A DNA stretch of 32,000 bases from Irregularibacter muris. GTDB lineage: Bacteria > Bacillota > Clostridia > Eubacteriales > Garciellaceae. A program made the translations under genes and the position numbers. The notes beneath the pieces were generated by a model. That model was given only the letters and a program-made list of their open reading frames with translations. It was not told the DNA's origin and searched no databases. The stretch lies in assembly GCF_024622505.1 (NCBI RefSeq), contig NZ_JANKAS010000009.1:52162-84161 (forward strand). The letters are read 5' to 3'. Below, one piece after another: positions 27,085 through 32,000 of the stretch; position 1 is the stretch's first letter, and the number at the start of each line of letters is the position of its first letter.

Positions 27085-28575
27085 TTAGCTTAATAATCTA
27101 TTACACTCTTTTAAATTGTCGTATAATAAAGTATATATCTTATAATATTTTTGATATAATTTTACATTTTCTTTATTGGGTTTTACTATTTTTTTTACTT
27201 TTACAGCTTTGTCTAAAATAGGTTTGAAATCCTCAAAAACTCCTGATCCTACTCCAGCAATTATGGCTGCTCCAAAAGCAGGTCCTTCCTCTACATTAAT
27301 CAAACTTATTTCCCTATCTAATACATCAGCTATTATACTTGTCCACAATTGACTATTGGCTCCCCCACCAGTTAATCTAATTTCTTTTATATCAATACTC
27401 TTCTCTATGCTAGCAAGACAATCTTTAAATCCTAAAGCTACACCTTCTAGCACACTTCTTATTAAATCTTCTGGGGTTGTATTTGATGAAAGCCCATAAA
27501 ACATTGATTTAGCATTTGGATCCGGGTGAGGACTTCTCTCTCCAAAAAGATAAGGAAGAAAGATAACCCCATTACTACCTGGCAATACTTTTGATGCCAT
27601 ATTAGTCAACTCTTCATAGGTTTTATCTGTTTTCAATATATTATTTCTAAACCACTTTAGACACATTCCAGCAGATAACATAACCGTCATTAAATACCAG
27701 GAATTATCGCAGGCATGATTGAAAAAATGCAAATTACCTTTCGTCTCTACATTATTCTTATCTGTATAGGCGATTATTGTGCCCGATGTTCCTATACTGA
27801 GTGCAGCTTTAGAATTCTCTACTATTCCACTACCTATGGCTGCACATGCATTATCTGCACCCCCTGCTATAATCAAGGTTTTTTCACTTAATCCTAGTTC
27901 CCTGGCAATCTCTTTTTTTATGCTACCCACAATATCTGTAGATTTCACTACTTTAGGAAAAATATTTTCCTTTAGATCTAGCTTATGAATTAGCTCTTTG
28001 TTCCACCTTTTATTTTTCACATCATATAACAACGTCCCTGCCGCATCGGACATTTCCATGCTGATATCCCCAGTAAACTTATATCGAATATAATCTTTAG
28101 GTAATAGTATATACTGAAGATTTTCATAGTTTACTTTCTCATTTTCTTTTAGCCAAAGTATCTTTGGCGCAGTAAAGCCTTCCAAAGCTGGATTAGAAAC
28201 ATAATTTAATAATTGTTCTAGTCCTCCTACTCTCGTATATATTTCCTTACATTGTGTAAAGGTTCTGGTATCATTCCATAGGATAGCAGGCCTCAATACT
28301 TTATTGTTTTCATCTAAAAAAACCGAGCTATGCATTTGTCCTGAAAAGCCGATGGCCTTAATTTCATCCTTATTAATTCCACTTTCCCTTACAATTTCTC
28401 GTACTACCTTTGTGGTTCCATGCCACCATTGTTCTGGATCTTGCTCCATCCAACCTTTTTTTACAATATTGATATCATAGGATTCTATTTTTGAAAGGAT
28501 TACCCTACCTGCATTATCAATAATTATTGCTTTTACACCACTGGTGCCTATATCTATTCCCATAAGATATTCCAT
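27085..28575 (-). CDS. xylB: Xylulokinase (FGGY family, XylB-type)
   Basis: 496 aa with 'MGIDIGTSGVKAIIID', 'GFSGQMHSSVFLDENNKVLRPAILWNDTR' and 'RLTGGGANSQLWTSIIADVL'. Confidence 0.85.
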   Translation of the reverse strand: MEYLMGIDIGTSGVKAIIIDNAGRVILSKIESYDINIVKKGWMEQDPEQWWHGTTKVVREIVRESGINKDEIKAIGFSGQMHSSVFLDENNKVLRPAILWNDTRTFTQCKEIYTRVGGLEQLLNYVSNPALEGFTAPKILWLKENEKVNYENLQYILLPKDYIRYKFTGDISMEMSDAAGTLLYDVKNKRWNKELIHKLDLKENIFPKVVKSTDIVGSIKKEIARELGLSEKTLIIAGGADNACAAIGSGIVENSKAALSIGTSGTIIAYTDKNNVETKGNLHFFNHACDNSWYLMTVMLSAGMCLKWFRNNILKTDKTYEELTNMASKVLPGSNGVIFLPYLFGERSPHPDPNAKSMFYGLSSNTTPEDLIRSVLEGVALGFKDCLASIEKSIDIKEIRLTGGGANSQLWTSIIADVLDREISLINVEEGPAFGAAIIAGVGSGVFEDFKPILDKAVKVKKIVKPNKENVKLYQKYYKIYTLLYDNLKECNRLLS

Positions 28576-28629
28576 GTCAACACCTCCTTATTTTAAAGAC
28601 AGGACATGAATTTCTCCAAATTTTGCTGT

Positions 28630-28666
28630 TTTAAAAGCAGCTTAAGGATACCTTCCCTAAGCTGCT
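28630..28666 (-). other. Intra-operon hairpin related to the 24.4-kb terminator
   Basis: On the minus-strand RNA: AGCAGCUUAGGG / 7-nt loop / CCUUAAGCUGCU, 12 bp with one G-U pair that is an A/C mismatch on the plus strand. Only UUU follows. It shares the 17-nt string 'aaaagcagcttaaggat' with 24393-24409. It sits between the lyxose-isomerase-like gene and xylB. Confidence 0.5.
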
Positions 28667-28680
28667 ATATCATTTTAAAT

Positions 28681-29226
28681 CTATCTATCTCTCACATCTC
28701 GTTTTACATTGGGATTAGTAAATACGTCAAAGGCATCAAAACTCGGGGAAGAAAACTCACTAACTACGGCACCATCTTTTCCTGCTTTAAACCAATGTTT
28801 TGTATTTGGTGCCAATGTATATTGCTCTCCAGCTTTTAAGTGTATTTCTTTACTTGCTGTATAGTATTCTTTGTTTTTTTGAGGTAAAGAAACACTTATT
28901 TTTTCGAGGTCAAGGGTCTCATCTGCTTCTTCATACAAATATACCTCTCCCCAACGACATCTAAAGGTTTCTTGCTTTCCTTCTCTATCTTCTAAATCAG
29001 GATGCATATGCTCTGGGCAAGTCTGGTTTGGTAAAAGAGCCATCTCTTTTGCACAATATCGGTCGTTGTTCACATATAGTATTAAGTTTAATCCTTCTTC
29101 TTCAATATTGTCTAAACCAAATTCAGCATAATCTATACTGTCTATCTCATTTTGAGTTAAGACAATTTTGGATTTGCGAAATATTTCTTTCACGCGTTCT
29201 TTATAATCTGATGAAATATTTGACAT
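28681..29226 (-). CDS. D-lyxose/D-mannose ketol-isomerase family cupin (YdaE-like)
   Basis: 181 aa. 'IDYAEFGL..EEGLNLILYVNNDRYCAKEMALLPNQTCPEHMHPD...GKQETFRCRWGEVYLY' matches the conserved core of D-lyxose isomerases as I recall it (...DFGL...YVNTDRYCAKEL.L.P.QTCPEH.H....GKEETFRCR.G.VYLY). Confidence 0.75.
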   Translation of the reverse strand: MSNISSDYKERVKEIFRKSKIVLTQNEIDSIDYAEFGLDNIEEEGLNLILYVNNDRYCAKEMALLPNQTCPEHMHPDLEDREGKQETFRCRWGEVYLYEEADETLDLEKISVSLPQKNKEYYTASKEIHLKAGEQYTLAPNTKHWFKAGKDGAVVSEFSSPSFDAFDVFTNPNVKRDVRDR

Positions 29227-29245
29227 ATCTTTTCCTCCAATATTT

Positions 29246-30355
29246 TTATCTAATTTTTAATTCTGCGAAATCAATATCTTTTTCATCGTCTTCTGTAAGT
29301 TCCCTTACATCATCTAAAGCTACGGACTTTTTCAATATGAGCAACACAATGGCTGTTGCCAGGGATCCTACTAATAAAGAGATTAGCCAAGCAAAGGGAT
29401 TAGTCATTGTTACCATGGCGAATAATCCACCATGGGGAACGGGTGAACCTGCACCCATGACCATGCTCATAGCTCCACCAATAGCACCACCTATACCTGT
29501 TGCCAAAATACAACGCCATAAATCATTAAAAATAATAGGATAACAACCCTCTGTAATCATACAAACACCCATTGGAAAAGCCGTTTTCAAGGTTTCTACT
29601 TCCATTCTCACATAGATATTTTTACGAAATACTTTTTGTAGGAAATATGCCATGGTCATACCAAAGGGCGTTACCATGGAAGCAAGCATTAATACAGCCA
29701 TAGGTTCATTGATTCCCTCTGACTGAAGGGATAATAAGAATGCAAATACCACTTTATTAATAGGACCGCCATAGTCAATACTGGAAAGAATACCAATAAT
29801 TACACCAAATAATAGCTTCTGATTGGTATCCAAACCTCGTAAATACTCATTTAGTGCATTCGTAAGGGCTGAAACAGGTGTTCCCAAGACATAGTACATG
29901 ATAATACCCACTGCTAACGAAGCAACAAATGGGATTAATAACATGGGTTTAAGTCCTTCTGCCCATTGAGGAACTTTCATCTTATCCACTAAGAATTTTG
30001 CAATATAACCAGCAATATAGCCGCCAATAAAACCACCGATAAATCCAGAATTCATATTAATTGCAATCAAACCTACTAAAAAACCTGGGGCAATCCCTGG
30101 TTTATCAGCAATAGAAAATGCGATACCTGTAGCGATAACTACAGGGAGCATCCCCAAAACTAATCCACCCATGGTGTACATTGCATCAAAAAAGCTAAAG
30201 GGATCATTAATATTTTCAATGGTTACCCCACCAAAAAGACTACCTATTGCTAACAGAAACCCACCACTTACCACGATTGGGATTAAATAAGAAATCGCTG
30301 TTAAGGCATGTTGCTTTAAATTATTGAAAACCTTTCCAGATGATTGTTTGCTCAT
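29246..30355 (-). CDS. PTS EIIC component, fructose family (paralogue of 10406-11500)
   Basis: 369 aa and polytopic, with 'ISYLIPIVVSGGF' and 'GFIGGFIGGYIAGY'. It has an acidic C-terminal tail. Confidence 0.9.
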   Translation of the reverse strand: MSKQSSGKVFNNLKQHALTAISYLIPIVVSGGFLLAIGSLFGGVTIENINDPFSFFDAMYTMGGLVLGMLPVVIATGIAFSIADKPGIAPGFLVGLIAINMNSGFIGGFIGGYIAGYIAKFLVDKMKVPQWAEGLKPMLLIPFVASLAVGIIMYYVLGTPVSALTNALNEYLRGLDTNQKLLFGVIIGILSSIDYGGPINKVVFAFLLSLQSEGINEPMAVLMLASMVTPFGMTMAYFLQKVFRKNIYVRMEVETLKTAFPMGVCMITEGCYPIIFNDLWRCILATGIGGAIGGAMSMVMGAGSPVPHGGLFAMVTMTNPFAWLISLLVGSLATAIVLLILKKSVALDDVRELTEDDEKDIDFAELKIR

Positions 30356-30361
30356 TTTCTC

Positions 30362-30676
30362 TTACTCCTTTCCCACAATTTCTTCTACTTTTTTAATAAA
30401 TTTATTTGGAGATTTAATAACCACTTCAGTAGGAATCTCAATGGTTTTGATGTCTTTAAAGCGTTCTTTCCCACTCACTTTTACATCCGCAGCAATAATG
30501 ACAACATCTGCCTGTTCAAGCAATTCCTGAGGAATAGGATCTTGCACTCCAATGGTTCCTTGGGTCTCCATATGAATCTTATGACCTGCTTTTTTTGCAG
30601 CCGTTACTAATTTTTCTTTAGCAATATAAGTGTGTGCAATTCCTGCTGTACAAGCGGCAATTCCAACTATATTCAT
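30362..30676 (-). CDS. PTS EIIB component, fructose type (paralogue of 11490-11822)
   Basis: 104 aa with 'VGIAACTAGIAHTYIA' and 'ETQGTIGV'. Confidence 0.9.
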   Translation of the reverse strand: MNIVGIAACTAGIAHTYIAKEKLVTAAKKAGHKIHMETQGTIGVQDPIPQELLEQADVVIIAADVKVSGKERFKDIKTIEIPTEVVIKSPNKFIKKVEEIVGKE

Positions 30677-30696
30677 ATTAATTCCTCTCCTTTCTT

Positions 30697-31146
30697 TTAT
30701 GAAAAAGCTTGTATTAATTCTTCTGTTGTTCGGGACTTTAAAATATTATTCACTACCTCTTCATTACCTAGTTTTCCAGCTAAGGCAGCCAACATTTTTA
30801 AATGCTCGTTACCCTCACCATTGCCTGCCTGGACACAAAATAGGCAGACTATTTTTACTCCCTTATCATCTAATGTCTCCCAAGGAATTTCATTGTTAAA
30901 TTTTCCAATGGCAATTCCATTCTTTAAAACGCTTTCACTTTGGCCATGGGGAATGGCAATATAATTACCTATTCCCGTTTGACCAAGGGATTCGCGATGA
31001 TAGATATCTTTTTTGAATAATTCTACATCTTTGATATAACTTTTTTCTTTTAGTAAATTAGCTAATGTATCAATGGCTTCCTCTTTGGTCCTTCCTGGAA
31101 GATTTACTGCCATAATTTCTTCATTTAAAATATCCATCATGTTCAC
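30697..31146 (-). CDS. PTS EIIA component, fructose/mannitol type (paralogue of 8575-9030)
   Basis: 149 aa with 'TGIGNYIAIPHGQS'. Confidence 0.88.
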   Translation of the reverse strand: MNMMDILNEEIMAVNLPGRTKEEAIDTLANLLKEKSYIKDVELFKKDIYHRESLGQTGIGNYIAIPHGQSESVLKNGIAIGKFNNEIPWETLDDKGVKIVCLFCVQAGNGEGNEHLKMLAALAGKLGNEEVVNNILKSRTTEELIQAFS

Positions 31147-31168
31147 CTCCTGGTTATCATTTATTATA

Positions 31169-32000
31169 TTAATAATATAAGTCCATCTTATTGTCAGACT
31201 TAAATAATTTTATTTTTTCTAAGGATGTCTTCTTTGCCTCTTTGATACAATCAGGGAAAATAACATTAGGTTCTCTTATTTCTAAATTCCCATTGTCCAA
31301 AATTTCCCTTAATTTATTGGTAAAAGATATTTTAATATCAGAAGAAATATTGATTTTAGAAATTCCTAATTCAACTGATTTTGCAATTTCTTCATCAGGA
31401 TTGTTTGAACCTCCATGCAGTACAAGGGGAATATCAACTACCTTAGTAATCTCCTCTAAAATATCTAAACGTAATTCAGGGGTCATATCCTTAGGATAGA
31501 GTCCATGGGCTGTGCCAATAGCAATAGCTAAAGAATCAATATTTGTTCTTTTAACAAATTCTTTGGCTTTTTCTGGATCAGTATAGATAATTTCGTTTGA
31601 ACCACCTTCCACTGTATTTCCCGCATCACCAATTGTCCCTAACTCAGCCTCAACAGAAACTCCAACTGCGTGAGCAATCTCTACCACTTTTTTTGTTATA
31701 GCAACATTTTCTTCAAAGGGTAAATGGGAGCTATCTATCATTACAGATGTAAATCCTAATTGAATAGCATGAATGACTTGCTCTAAAGTTGCTCCATGAT
31801 CTAAATGGATGGCAACAGGCACTTTTGTATGTTGACATTCGTATAAAACTTGACTAATAAAACTATCCCTTAAAAATGCAAGCTCGTCTGGATGAATAGC
31901 CATCATAAAAGGAGATTTTTCCTCTTCACATGCTTCTATTACTGCTGTTAATAGTTGCCCACTACCAGCATTAAATGCAGGTACAGCGAAATGACTTTTT
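31169..32000 (-). CDS. Class II ketose-bisphosphate aldolase (tagatose/fructose-bisphosphate aldolase family), 5' end outside the window
   Basis: 'VAIHLDHG', 'AIAIGTAHGLYPK', 'PLVLHGGS' and 'INISSDIK'. The frame stays open upstream of the track's Met, reading 'KSHFAVPAFNAGSGQLLTAVIEACEEEKSPFMMAIHPDE', so the true start lies beyond position 32000. Confidence 0.88.
   Translation of the reverse strand, partial: KSHFAVPAFNAGSGQLLTAVIEACEEEKSPFMMAIHPDELAFLRDSFISQVLYECQHTKVPVAIHLDHGATLEQVIHAIQLGFTSVMIDSSHLPFEENVAITKKVVEIAHAVGVSVEAELGTIGDAGNTVEGGSNEIIYTDPEKAKEFVKRTNIDSLAIAIGTAHGLYPKDMTPELRLDILEEITKVVDIPLVLHGGSNNPDEEIAKSVELGISKINISSDIKISFTNKLREILDNGNLEIREPNVIFPDCIKEAKKTSLEKIKLFKSDNKMDLYY

Noticed and set aside
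1-32000. A window-wide search for CRISPR repeats, tRNA/rRNA/tmRNA, prophage genes, restriction-modification systems, toxin-antitoxin pairs, or nuclease/ATPase/helicase defence modules.
   Set aside because: I found no direct-repeat arrays, no tRNA-like T-arm signatures in the spacers, and no ORF with such domains. Every ORF over 100 aa that is not a shadow ORF falls into a metabolic, transport, regulatory, housekeeping or IS family.

Overview
This is a low-GC, Firmicutes/Clostridia-like chromosomal segment. Almost every intact gene is on the minus strand; only a LacI regulator and two transposase remnants are on the plus strand. It falls into three blocks. (A) 0.1-14.5 kb is a very AT-rich carbohydrate locus. 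Read in the transcription direction, it holds a LacI regulator (divergent), a PMI-like isomerase, fructose-family PTS EIIB and EIIC, a class II aldolase, an orphan EIIA, a decayed IS3-family element, a triosephosphate-isomerase paralogue, a split transketolase, an FGGY kinase and a LarA-family (nickel-pincer) racemase/epimerase homologue. These genes are separated by unusually long spacers of 0.37-1.56 kb. (B) 14.5-24.3 kb holds a decayed IS256-family transposase, a split ChrA pair with a GntR/HutC regulator, and the housekeeping genes tex, a C26 amidotransferase-like hydrolase, prfB (with its programmed +1 frameshift) and secA. (C) 24.4-32 kb is a tightly packed second carbohydrate operon: class II aldolase (runs off the window), PTS EIIA, EIIB and EIIC, a D-lyxose/D-mannose-isomerase-family cupin, xylulokinase, a ketose 3-epimerase-family enzyme, and DhaK and DhaL. 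I saw no CRISPR array, tRNA/rRNA, prophage, toxin-antitoxin or recognisable defence genes. The most novel content is metabolic. There are two paralogous PTS+aldolase loci with unusual enzyme complements: LarA-like + split Tkt + TIM paralogue + FGGY in A, and lyxose isomerase + 3-epimerase + XylB + DhaKL without DhaM in C. Neither matches a described pathway as far as I can tell from sequence alone. Several ORF-track starts are GTG-extended; I give the SD-supported starts instead. All family assignments come from motif recognition by eye, not from database searches.
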